Source of the DNA: an uncultured Acidobacteriota bacterium
GTDB lineage: Bacteria; Acidobacteriota; UBA6911
Length of the DNA: 64,000 nt
Reading direction: 5' to 3'
NCBI GenBank assembly: GCA_963843575.1
Contig: CAWJKZ010000016.1
Location: 58,428 to 122,427 of the forward strand
Below are positions 1 through 9,288 of this stretch, one piece after another. The notes under the pieces are model-generated. The model had not been told where the DNA came from and made no database searches. It was given only the letters and a program-made list of their open reading frames with translations. The first letter of the stretch is position 1. Each line of letters opens with the position of its first letter. A program made the position numbers and the translations under genes.

Positions 1-1276
1 TGTGGTCGATGTGCCGCACGTACGGCATCACGCAGCTGACGGTCCGGCCGTCCTTCAGCCTCCGGATCGACGGCGTGTGCACGATGCTGATGTAGGCGTT
101 GCGGAAGAAGTCGCCGCTGCCGCCGAGCCCGTTGACCACCCGCGAGCCGTCGACGTGCGTCGAGTTGACGTGGCCGTAGATGTCCACCTCGATCGGCGTG
201 TTCATCGCGATGACGAACAGCCGCGAGATGATCTCGGCGCGAGTTGGAGAGCCACATCGGCCGCAGGACCAGCTTGTCGCGGCAGCGCGCGAACAGCCGC
301 TCGAACTCCGCGCGCGCCGGCGCCGAGAACGAGACCGCCGTCGCCGAGGCGCAGTCGAACTTGTCGTCGTCCTCCACGTAGCGCATCATCCCGTCCTGGA
401 ACACCTCGGTCCAGAACCGGATCTTCTGGAAGGGGGACTCGTAGAGCTCGCCGACGATGGCGTTGGCGACGTTGCCGACGCCGGACTGGATCGGCGGCAG
501 GCGCTTGCCCCAGTTGTACTGCTTGCGGCAGCGGAGCAGGAAATCGATCACGTTCTGGGCGATCTGCCGGTCGATCTCCTGGGTGGGCTTGAAGCTGACC
601 GGGTAGTCGGGCTGGTTCGATTCGACGACCGCCACGACCTTGCTCTTGTCGATCTCCACGTAGGGGGTGCCGACCCGGTCGCTTGACGTTGATGATGGGG
701 ATCGGCCAGCCCACGTGCGGGTGCACCGCCGGCACCACGATGTCGTGGAACCCGGTGTAGTCCGGGATCGCCGTGTTGACCTCGAGGACGATCTTCTTCG
801 CCATCGTCAGCGCCTCGGCCGAGATGCCGACCGACGAGGACAGGATCACGCTCCCGTCCGGCCGGATCCGCGAGACCTCGACCACCGCCAGGTCGATGTC
901 GCCGTAGAAGCCGTACATGAGGTTGCGCGCGAACATCGAGAGGTGGACGTCCGTGAACTCCATCTGCCCGGAGTGGATCAGCTTGCGCGAGGCCGAGGAC
1001 GACATGTACGGCCCGCGCTTGCCGACGAACGGCGCGATCGGGATTCTCGACCTCCTCCGACAGCGAGGCCCCGCTGAAGAGTGCGATTTTCGTCTTGGCG
1101 CCGGTCTGTTCCAGGTGCCGCGCCAGCGCGGGTATGAATGCCTTGGGCTCGCCGGACTTGGTGAAGCCGCTGATGCCGATCTGGTCGTGGTTCTTCACCA
1201 CCTTGACCGCCTCCTCCACAGGCATGAGCTTGCCCAACAACTCGGTACACTCGACTCGATCACTTATGTTTGTCAT
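1..1276 (-). CDS. Acetyl-CoA hydrolase/succinate CoA-transferase family, frameshifted, 3' end outside window
   Basis: [10 protein letters not shown]...[14 protein letters not shown] continues in another frame (FTDVHLS...IDLAVVEV...SSVGIS...IVLEVN). Further segments encode [12 protein letters not shown] and [16 protein letters not shown], typical of this family. Indels near 1040 and 680 and others. Confidence 0.85.
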
Positions 1277-1471
1277 GTATGACTCCTCGACCCTCGTCTT
1301 GCCGCAACCACACGGGTTATGAATGAATTCGGGGACTGTCTCCCGCGGGGAATGATCATAGAGGAAGCGGCCGAAAGCAACGAAAATCTGAAGCGCGCGC
1401 ACCCACCCCAAGTCACGCTGCGCGGCGGGTTTCCCCCGGCGAAAACGGGCCGTTCGGCGGGCGGCCGCGGA

Positions 1472-1972
1472 TCAGTCCGTCCGGGAGGCCAGCGCCACGC
1501 GGGTGCGGTTGACAATCAGGTAGCGCAGGTCCCGGATCGGTCCGGGGACGCCGCCTGCCAGGCCGAAGAAGCCGGCGACCTCGGGCGAGTCCACCACGAT
1601 GAACCGGTTTGCGCCGAGGTCCGCAAAAAGCCTCCGGCCGACCCTGCCCGTGACCGACAGCCCGGAGCGGCACGCCAGCTCGAGCCTTATGCCGGTCAGT
1701 TCACGGTCGGCGTCGGCGGCCAGCGCCCTGAGCCCCTCGTCGCCCCCCGCCTCGACCAGTTCGTGGGCGAGCAGCACCTCGTCGACCTTGACCAGCGCCG
1801 CGCCCGGCCCGTCCGGCGCGCCACCCCGGTGGCGGACAATGGTGGCCTCGTCCACCTCAAGGAACGCGCGCGGGGTGGCGTTGAGAAAATCCGTGAGGCG
1901 CCGCCCGCCGGTCGCCACGTGCCCCCGGATCAGGAAGTCGTCCGTCACGAGAAGGTCTTTGACGTATCTCAA
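1472..1972 (-). CDS. Hypothetical protein (DUF6812-like)
   Basis: Motif 'IRGHV...RRLTDFLN...FLEVDEA'; starts 7 bp after the AKR stop. Confidence 0.55.
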   Translation of the reverse strand: MRYVKDLLVTDDFLIRGHVATGGRRLTDFLNATPRAFLEVDEATIVRHRGGAPDGPGAALVKVDEVLLAHELVEAGGDEGLRALAADADRELTGIRLELACRSGLSVTGRVGRRLFADLGANRFIVVDSPEVAGFFGLAGGVPGPIRDLRYLIVNRTRVALASRTD

Positions 1973-1978
1973 GCCCGG

Positions 1979-2974
1979 CTACGCCCAGAAGATCTCGGGA
2001 ATCCGGGTCGGCCCGTCCAGGTGCCCGACCAGCCTCTTCTCCAGCGGGGCCCGCGACGGGTCGAGGTTGCGCCGCAACTGCTCGACCTCGGCCGGCTTGA
2101 GCGGTTCGAAGCCCCGGGCGATATCGGTGTTCTGGTCGATGTGGTCGACGGCGGGCATGCCGATGACCGCCGCCGTGACGGGCAACCCCATCGAGTAGCG
2201 CAACAGCAGGCCGATGTCCGCCTTGCCGGGCTCGTGGCCAACCAGGAACTCCTGCCCCGCCACCTTCATCGCAATGACACCCAGCTTCTTCCTGTTGGCG
2301 GCCGGGAGGGCGAGCTCCTCGAAACGCCCGTTGCGGCTGGCGTTGAGCGCCATCTGGGCACAGTTCAGGTCGTGCCGCTCAATCGCCTGCGCGAGGACCG
2401 CGCCGTCGGTGTGGCTCGTCATCCCGATGAAGCGGGTGAGCTTCCGCTCGCGCGCCTCCAGCAACCCCTTCAGGGCCCCGTCGGGCGCCTCGATCTTCGC
2501 CAGGTCCTCCGCCTTGCCCAGGCTGTGGATGTGGACGAGGTCCACCTGGTCGACCTGCAGGCGCTTCAGGCTCGCCTCGAGCCTGCGCAGAAAACCGTCC
2601 CGCGTGCGGTCCGGGATCTTCGTGGCCAGAAACACCTCTTTGCGGCGCGACGGCATGAGCTTGCCGACCCTCGTCTCGCTCTCGCCGTCACCGTAGGAAA
2701 AAGCGGTGTCGACGTACGTGATGCCCAGGTCGATCCCACGGTTGAGCGCGGCCAGCGCCTTGTCCTCCTCCTTGTACATCAGCCAGCGGCTCCCGCAGCC
2801 AAAGGCGAGTATCGAGACGCTCACTCCCGTGGCCCCGAGCACACGGTGTGGGAGCGTTTTCTTGGCCGGCGGCTCGGCCCCGGCGTTCTGCGCGAAGACT
2901 TTCAACCCGGCGCCCGCGGCGGTGCCCGCGGCGACCCGTTCGAGGAACTCACGGCGAGACTGTTCTTTGGTCAT
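1979..2974 (-). CDS. Aldo/keto reductase with Tat signal
   Basis: SRREFL Tat motif; LGATGVSVSILAFG, YVDTAFSYG, LATK, SLKRLQVDQVDL AKR motifs. Confidence 0.9.
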   Translation of the reverse strand: MTKEQSRREFLERVAAGTAAGAGLKVFAQNAGAEPPAKKTLPHRVLGATGVSVSILAFGCGSRWLMYKEEDKALAALNRGIDLGITYVDTAFSYGDGESETRVGKLMPSRRKEVFLATKIPDRTRDGFLRRLEASLKRLQVDQVDLVHIHSLGKAEDLAKIEAPDGALKGLLEARERKLTRFIGMTSHTDGAVLAQAIERHDLNCAQMALNASRNGRFEELALPAANRKKLGVIAMKVAGQEFLVGHEPGKADIGLLLRYSMGLPVTAAVIGMPAVDHIDQNTDIARGFEPLKPAEVEQLRRNLDPSRAPLEKRLVGHLDGPTRIPEIFWA

Positions 2975-3017
2975 GACCCCTCCGGCAAGTGCTGCAGTGT
3001 CTGCCGGGCATTATAGC

Positions 3018-3117
3018 GCCGGGAGCCAGGAGCCGGAAGCCGGAAGCGGAAGCCAGAAGCGAGGCGACGCAGTGAGCGCCGTCGCGGGAGTGGCTTCCGG
3101 GCTTCGGGCTTCCGGCT
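3018..3117. repeat. Inverted arrays of ~7-nt repeats (GCCGGAA/GCCAGAA ... GGCTTCC)
   Basis: gccggga-gccagga-gccggaa-gccggaa-gcggaa-gccagaa at 3018-3060, with complementary ggcttccg repeats at 3092-3117. Confidence 0.75.
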
Positions 3118-3157
3118 TTGACATCGGCGCGCCGGCGGGACTATAAACGGACCCGAC

Positions 3158-4357
3158 ATGCCCAGGATTTCACGGCGCGATTTCATGATGACCGGCTCGG
3201 GGCTCGGGCTCCTGGCCGCGGCGGGCTCCGGAGGGTTCGGTTTCGCCGACCGGCTGGACGAGATACTCCGGTCGGCTCCGAAGGCGCGGTACTGGGTCTC
3301 GACCGCGTCCGGGCCCGGGCACTGCCGCGACTGTCACGCCGGGGAGGCGGCACCCGGGGCGAGCCCTCACGACCGGCGCCGCACCATCGTCCGCTGTGGA
3401 CTGTGCGCGCAGCGCTGCACGCTCGCGCCCGGAGAACGCGGCAAGTGCCGGGCCCGGATGAACGTGGCCGGCGACCTGCGCAGCCTCGTCTACGGCCGGC
3501 CGGTGGCGGTCCACGTCGACCCGATCGAGAAGAAGCCGTTCTACCATTTCCTGCCGGGGTCGGCGGCGTTTTCCCTCGCCACGTCCGGGTGCCCGCTGCG
3601 CTGCAAGTTCTGTCAGAACTGGCAGATCTCGCAGTCCAGCCCCGAGGACCACGACGCGCCCTTTACCCCACCGGGGGCGGTCGTCGAAAACGCCGCCGCC
3701 CGCAAGGCGCCGGTCATCGCCTTCACCTACAACGAACCCACCGTGTTCGCCGAGTACCTGACCGACATCGCGCGGCGGGCGCGGCCGCAAGGGATCCGCA
3801 GCGTCATGGTCAGCTGCGGCTTTGCGCAACCCGAGCCGCTCGCCGAGATCTGCGGCGTCCTCGACGCGATCAAGATCGACCTGAAGGGGCTCGGCGAGGC
3901 TTTCTACCGCGACGTGTGCGGTGCCGAACTTCAACCCGTGCTCCGCACCATCAAGCAGATCGCCTCGACACGGAGCGTCCACCTCGAGATTGTCAATCTC
4001 GTGGTCCCCACTCTCAACGATTCCGAGCCCATGCTTCGGGCGCTCGCGGAGTGGGTCATGGGGGAGGTCGGCCCCGACGTCCCCCTCCACTTCACGCGGT
4101 TCCACCCGGACTACCAGCTCCTGAACCTCCCGCCCACGCCCGTCTCCACGCTGGAGCGCGCCCGGGAGATCGCGCTCGCCCGGGGGCTCCGCTACGTCTT
4201 CGTGGGGAACGTGCCCGATCACCCCGGCAACCACACCTACTGCCCGGGCTGTGGGAAGATCGTTATCAGGAGAAACGCTTTCTTCGTGCTCGAGATGCAC
4301 CTGAAGGGCGGCAAATGCCGGTTCTGCGGCAGGGCCGTCGCAGGAGTCTGGTCCTGA
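3158..4357 (+). CDS. amrS: AmmeMemoRadiSam system radical SAM enzyme with N-terminal Tat signal
   Basis: CPLRCKFC (CxxxCxxC), DPIEKKPFYHF, AFTYNEP, C-terminal CPGC...CRFC; SRRDFM at the N-terminus. Confidence 0.92.
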   Translation: MPRISRRDFMMTGSGLGLLAAAGSGGFGFADRLDEILRSAPKARYWVSTASGPGHCRDCHAGEAAPGASPHDRRRTIVRCGLCAQRCTLAPGERGKCRARMNVAGDLRSLVYGRPVAVHVDPIEKKPFYHFLPGSAAFSLATSGCPLRCKFCQNWQISQSSPEDHDAPFTPPGAVVENAAARKAPVIAFTYNEPTVFAEYLTDIARRARPQGIRSVMVSCGFAQPEPLAEICGVLDAIKIDLKGLGEAFYRDVCGAELQPVLRTIKQIASTRSVHLEIVNLVVPTLNDSEPMLRALAEWVMGEVGPDVPLHFTRFHPDYQLLNLPPTPVSTLERAREIALARGLRYVFVGNVPDHPGNHTYCPGCGKIVIRRNAFFVLEMHLKGGKCRFCGRAVAGVWS

Positions 4358-4394
4358 GGGCCCCGCCGGCCGCCGGCGCACAGAAAGGAAACGC

Positions 4395-5924
4395 ATGTCT
4401 GGCACCCCCCGAGCCCCGCTCGCCATCCTGATGTTGGCCTGTGCGGCCTGCGCCGCCGGCGAAGCCCCCGGCACGCGCCCGCCCGCGGTCGCGGGCCAGT
4501 TCTACCCGGCCGAGCCCGAGCGCCTGAGGCTGGCGATCGAGCAGTTCATGAAGAGCGCCGTCGCGCCCCTGCCCGGCGAAAAGCCGGTGGCGCTCGTGGT
4601 CCCGCATGCCGGTTACGTGTACTGCGGGCAGATCTGCGCGGACGCCTACCGGCAGGTCGCGGGACAGAACTTCGACGTGGTCGCGATCCTGGGGACCAAC
4701 CACACGGCCGGGGGCTTCCGCGGCATCTCCGTCTACGCGCACGGCGCCTTCCGGACCCCGCTCGGAGACGCTTTGGTCGACGAGGAAGTTGCGGCGCGGC
4801 TGCTGGCCGCGGACCGGGACTGCACGTCCGGCGGGCAGCCTCACGTCCGCGAGCACTCGGTCGAGGTGCAGGTCCCGTTCGTGCAGGCGCTCTTCCCGAA
4901 GGCCAGGATCGTACCTGTCGTCGTCGGCGAACCGGACCTCGACATGTGCTCCAAGTTCGGCGGGGCGCTGGCCGTGTCCCTGAAAGGCCGCCGGGCGCTC
5001 GTCGTGGCCAGCTCGGACCTGTCCCACTACCCCGCGTACGACGATGCGGCGAGCGCCGACCGGCAGATCCTGGAAGCGATGGCAGGCCTGTCCCCGCGCA
5101 AGCTCGACGAGGTCGCGCGCGCACTGCGCACCAGCGGGGTGGCGAACCTCGAAGTCGGGGCGTGCGGCGAGGCGCCTGTCCTTGCGGCGATGAGCGCCGC
5201 GAAGGCGCTGGGCGCCCGCCGCGGCGTCGTGCTGAGCTACGCCAACTCGGGGGATACGCTCCTGGGCGACCGCTCCCGCGTGGTTGGCTATGGCGCCGTC
5301 CTGTACAGCGCCAACGAGGGCGGCCCGGACGTGCGCATCCTGAAACCCGCGCCGCCCCCGGCGGCCCAACCCGGCCCCCTGCCCGAATCGGATCGCAGGG
5401 CGCTCCTCGTTTTTGCCCGCGAGGCCATCCGGCGCTACCTCACCACCCAGACGCTCCCGCTCGCCCGGGGCTTCAGCCCGACCCTGTCGTGCCCCCGGGG
5501 TGCCTTCGTGACCCTGAAGAAAGGCGGGGTGTTGCGCGGCTGCATCGGCCACATCCCGCCGGAAACCCCGCTGGCCCAGACCGTCGGGGCCATGGCCGCG
5601 CAGGCGGCCTTCAACGACCCGAGGTTCCCGCCGCTCACCGCGGGCGAGTTCGCCCAGATCCAGATCGAGATCTCCGCCCTGACGCCTCCGCACCCGATCC
5701 GCGACCCCGACGAGATCGAGCTCGGCCGCGACGGAGTGATCCTGTCCAAAGAGGGGAAATCGGCGGTTTTCCTCCCCCAGGTCGCCACCGAGAACAAGTG
5801 GGGGCTCGACGAGATGCTCGACAACCTCTGCCGCAAGGCCGGCCTGCGGCCGGGGAGCTGGATGCAGGGCGCCCGCTTCTCCGTGTTCCAGGCGGAGGTT
5901 TTCAGCGAAGCGGACCTCCCGTGA
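4395..5924 (+). CDS. amrB: AmmeMemoRadiSam protein B (MEMO)-protein A (AMMECR1) fusion with signal peptide
   Basis: RPPAVAGQFYP, PHAGYVY, EHSVEVQVPF, SSDLSHY (MEMO); GAFVTL...LRGCIG, DPRF, FLPQV (AMMECR1). Confidence 0.92.
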   Translation: MSGTPRAPLAILMLACAACAAGEAPGTRPPAVAGQFYPAEPERLRLAIEQFMKSAVAPLPGEKPVALVVPHAGYVYCGQICADAYRQVAGQNFDVVAILGTNHTAGGFRGISVYAHGAFRTPLGDALVDEEVAARLLAADRDCTSGGQPHVREHSVEVQVPFVQALFPKARIVPVVVGEPDLDMCSKFGGALAVSLKGRRALVVASSDLSHYPAYDDAASADRQILEAMAGLSPRKLDEVARALRTSGVANLEVGACGEAPVLAAMSAAKALGARRGVVLSYANSGDTLLGDRSRVVGYGAVLYSANEGGPDVRILKPAPPPAAQPGPLPESDRRALLVFAREAIRRYLTTQTLPLARGFSPTLSCPRGAFVTLKKGGVLRGCIGHIPPETPLAQTVGAMAAQAAFNDPRFPPLTAGEFAQIQIEISALTPPHPIRDPDEIELGRDGVILSKEGKSAVFLPQVATENKWGLDEMLDNLCRKAGLRPGSWMQGARFSVFQAEVFSEADLP

Positions 5925-5972
5925 ATTTTGGAAGCCGTGCAAGTTGACCTGCACGGCCCACGCCCAAAACAT

Positions 5973-6181
5973 GTGGGTCCGGGCTTCAGCCCGGACGCAG
6001 TTTGCGGTCGCTGTTGAGTGCAGACTTCATCACATTGGGCAGATCAAAAGATGTCCGGGCTGAAGCCCGGACCCACTTGTTTTACGGGCAGGGCGGGTGG
6101 TTTAACCGTTGGATGGCCTCTTCAATGCAGGCTTCATTACCTACGGCAGATCAAAAGGCGTCCGGGCTGAAGCCCGGGCCC
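5973..6181. repeat. REP class 1 cluster (GTGG-GTCCGGGC-TTCA-GCCCGGAC): inverted doublet plus a third copy
   Basis: Copies at 5973-5996 (+), 6053-6076 (-) and degenerate 6160-6181 (-). Confidence 0.9.
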
Positions 6182-8347
6182 GCGAGCTTTGCGTTCGCGG
6201 TTGGCCTGGTCTCGATCCTCGCGCAGGTCGTGATCCTGCGCGAACTGAGCGTCGCTCTCTACGGCGTCGAACTAATCTACGTCCTCGCCCTCGGCGCGTG
6301 GCTCCTCGCGTCGGCCTCCGGTGCGCTGCTCGGCCGCTCCGTCCCGCGTGCGGCCGGGCGCCCGCTTTTGCCCGCCACTTTCGTCCTGCTCGCCGCGGCA
6401 CTGCCGGCCGACATTGCCCTGGCGCGCTCGGTGCGCCTCATGTTCTCCGGGGTGCCGGGAGCCTTCCTTCCTTTTGCGGCGCAGCTGGCCGCGCTGGCTC
6501 TCGTCGTGTTTCCTGTGGCCCTTCCTCTCGGGGCCCTGTTCCAGTGGGCCGCGGCGGCAGGCATCTCCGGCGGCGGCACGCTGGCGCGCGCGTATGCGGT
6601 GGAGAGCCTCGGGGGCGTGTGCGGCGGCCTGCTCGCCACCGTGCTCCTCGCCCTGGGGGCGGGCAACCTGGCGTCGGCCCTGGTGTGCGCCCTGCTGTCG
6701 GTGGCGGCGGGCCAAATCCACCTCCCGGGGAACCGTTTGAGGCTCGGCTGGCCCAATCCCGTTTCGATGGCGGTGGCGGGCGTGCTTGCCCTGGGGCTGT
6801 GGTTCTCGGACGCGCTGGACTTCCGCAGCACGGCCTGGACCCACCCGAACCTGGTGGAGATCCGCGACTCGCCTTACGGCCGCGTCACCGTCGAGCAGCT
6901 CGGGGGCGAGTTGTCGGTGTTTGAGAACGACGCGCTCTCGTTCAACACCGAGGGGACGGAGGCCGAGGAGTTCGTCCAGCTCGCCGCCCTGCAGCACCCG
7001 GCGCCCGAATCCGTCCTCATCCTCGGCGGGGGTATTGAAGGCCTCGTGCGCGAGATCCTGTCACACCGGCCCCGGAGGGTGGTGGACGTGGAGCTGAACC
7101 CGGTCCTGGAGCGAGTCGTGCGGTCGAGGCTCCCGTCAGGGCTTCGCAAGGCCGAACTCGACCCCGCGGTGGAGTTCAGGCTCGAGGATCCGCGCGCCTA
7201 CCTGCGGCACGAGGGGCCGCCCTTCGACCTCATCCTGGTCGGCATGCCCGAGCCCTCCTCCGGGCAGGCAAACCGTTTCTACACGCGCGAGTTCTTCGCG
7301 CAGTGCCGCGCCCGCATGACCCCGGAAGGCGTGCTCGCCCTCCGGCTGGCTTCGTCCGAGAACCTCTGGACACCGCAGATCGCGCAGCGGGCCGGCAGCA
7401 TCCACGGCGCCCTGCGCTCCGTCTTCCGGGACGTGGTCGTGGTCCCGGGATCGACGAACGTCCTGGCGGCTTCCATGACCGCGCTCTGCCGCGATCCGGA
7501 GGTCCTCGCCGCCCGGCTCGCCGAGCGCAGGCTGTCGCTGCGGCTCGTTTCTCCCCCCTACCTCCGCTACGTGTTCACCAACGACCGCTTCGGCGAGGTC
7601 GCCGGCCTCCTGGAGCAAAGCTCCGCCCCGGTCAACAGCGATGCCCGACCGGTCTGCTATCAGTACACGGCCATGATCTGGTTGTCGAAGTTCTTCCCGA
7701 GCTTCGCCGCCATGCAAGCGCGCGGTTTCCCCCCCTGGTGGTCGGCGGTGCTCTGGTCGGCGGGCGTCCTGGCGCTCGCGGGCCTCGTGGCAGCCTCCCG
7801 CAGGCCCCGGGCCCGGCGGCTGCTGCTCGTCGGCTCTGCCGGGCTGGCCGGTACGGTGCTCGAGACGGTGCTCATGCTGCGCTACCAGGTCACCAGCGGG
7901 GTGCTCTACCAGAACCTCGGTGTCCTGCTGATGAGCTTCATGGCGGGACTCTGGGCGGGTGCGGCGGCGGTCGACACGCCCCTGGCCCGCGCCGCCGGCC
8001 GGGACGCGTGGCGGGCGCTGCTGAGCCTCTCGGCCCTTCTGCTGCCGGCGCTGGTCTGGTGGCAGATCCACGCCGGGGTGGAGGCCGGGCTCGTCGCCAT
8101 CGGCGCCGAGCTCGCGGCCTCCGGCTTTCTCGTGGCCGGCTTCTTCGCCTACGCGAGCCTGGAGCAGGGTGTCGACCAGGCCGAGCTGGCCGCGCCGCTG
8201 TATGCCGCGGACCTCGCCGGCGGATGCCTCGGCACCCTGGCGGCCAGCCTGGTGATGATCCCCGTCCTCGGCCTCGCCCAGACCGCCGCCTGGCTCGCCG
8301 GCTTGGCCGTTCTCATGTCGCTCTGGACGCGCAGGCTCTCGAGATAA
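6125..8347 (+). CDS. Membrane protein with central spermidine synthase-like (aminopropyl/methyltransferase) domain
   Basis: TM blocks flank DSPYGRV, VLILGGG, DVELNP, EDPRAYL, FDLILV, NRFYTREFF; C-terminal LYAADLAGG. Start codon uncertain. Confidence 0.85.
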   Translation: MQASLPTADQKASGLKPGPASFAFAVGLVSILAQVVILRELSVALYGVELIYVLALGAWLLASASGALLGRSVPRAAGRPLLPATFVLLAAALPADIALARSVRLMFSGVPGAFLPFAAQLAALALVVFPVALPLGALFQWAAAAGISGGGTLARAYAVESLGGVCGGLLATVLLALGAGNLASALVCALLSVAAGQIHLPGNRLRLGWPNPVSMAVAGVLALGLWFSDALDFRSTAWTHPNLVEIRDSPYGRVTVEQLGGELSVFENDALSFNTEGTEAEEFVQLAALQHPAPESVLILGGGIEGLVREILSHRPRRVVDVELNPVLERVVRSRLPSGLRKAELDPAVEFRLEDPRAYLRHEGPPFDLILVGMPEPSSGQANRFYTREFFAQCRARMTPEGVLALRLASSENLWTPQIAQRAGSIHGALRSVFRDVVVVPGSTNVLAASMTALCRDPEVLAARLAERRLSLRLVSPPYLRYVFTNDRFGEVAGLLEQSSAPVNSDARPVCYQYTAMIWLSKFFPSFAAMQARGFPPWWSAVLWSAGVLALAGLVAASRRPRARRLLLVGSAGLAGTVLETVLMLRYQVTSGVLYQNLGVLLMSFMAGLWAGAAAVDTPLARAAGRDAWRALLSLSALLLPALVWWQIHAGVEAGLVAIGAELAASGFLVAGFFAYASLEQGVDQAELAAPLYAADLAGGCLGTLAASLVMIPVLGLAQTAAWLAGLAVLMSLWTRRLSR

Positions 8348-8359
8348 GCCGTAAAACAA

Positions 8360-8530
8360 GTGGGTCCGGGCTTCAGCCCGGACGTCTTTTGATCTGATCT
8401 ATGTGGCGCCGGGCGCACGTTACAGCGGCCGCAAACTGCGTCCGGGCTGAAAGCCCGGACCCACGTGTGTCTTGTTTGGATCGGGCAGATCAACCGTTGG
8501 ACAGCCTCTCGAACCCGGACCCACTTGTTT
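8360..8530. repeat. REP class 1 doublet plus MITE terminus and half REP
   Basis: REP at 8360-8383 (+) and 8440-8464 (-); TCAACCGTTGGACAGCCTC at 8490-8508 followed by a half REP. Confidence 0.85.
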
Positions 8531-8559
8531 TACGTTCCGGTGATGTAATCTTATCCGTT

Positions 8560-9288
8560 ATGCCGATTCTGTTCGCGGAGGGGTTGAGCAAGACCTACAC
8601 GACGGGCGAGGCGGTTGTCGAAGCGGTTCGGGGTGTCGACTTGTCGCTCGACCCCGGGGACTTCGCGGCCGTCATGGGTCCGTCGGGTTGCGGAAAATCC
8701 ACGCTCCTGCACCTGTGCGGGGCCATGGACCGGCCCAGCGCGGGCCGACTCGAGCTCGACGGCACGCCTGTAGCGGGACTGGATGAGGAGTCCCTGACGG
8801 CGCTGCGGCGGCGCCGGGTCGGTTTCGTCTTTCAGTTTTTCAACCTCCTCCCAACCCTGACGGTGGGCGAAAACATCGGGCTGCCCCTGCTGCTGGCCGG
8901 CGCGCCGCCGGCCCTGGCGGACGGGCGGGCCGCGCGGGTCGCCGAGCTGGTCGGCCTGGGCCACCGGCTGCGACACTTCCCCCAGCAGCTCTCCGGGGGC
9001 GAGATGCAGCGGGCGGCGGTCGCGCGGGCGATCGTACACGAACCTGCCCTGGTCGTCGCGGACGAGCCGACCGGCAACCTGGACTCCGAGAACGGCGCTC
9101 GCGTGCTTGATCTCCTGGTGCGGCTGAACGCGGAGACGGCCGTGACGATCCTGCTGGCCACGCACGACCCTGCGATCGCCGCGGCCGCCCACCGGGTCCT
9201 GCGGATGAAGGACGGGCGCATCGAGAGCGTCGAGGAGCGGAGCGTCCTGCCGGCGGGGAGGCGGATCACACCCGTTGCGCCTCTTTAG
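8560..9288 (+). CDS. ABC transporter ATP-binding protein (LolD/AttE-like)
   Basis: [28 protein letters not shown]. Confidence 0.93.
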   Translation: MPILFAEGLSKTYTTGEAVVEAVRGVDLSLDPGDFAAVMGPSGCGKSTLLHLCGAMDRPSAGRLELDGTPVAGLDEESLTALRRRRVGFVFQFFNLLPTLTVGENIGLPLLLAGAPPALADGRAARVAELVGLGHRLRHFPQQLSGGEMQRAAVARAIVHEPALVVADEPTGNLDSENGARVLDLLVRLNAETAVTILLATHDPAIAAAAHRVLRMKDGRIESVEERSVLPAGRRITPVAPL

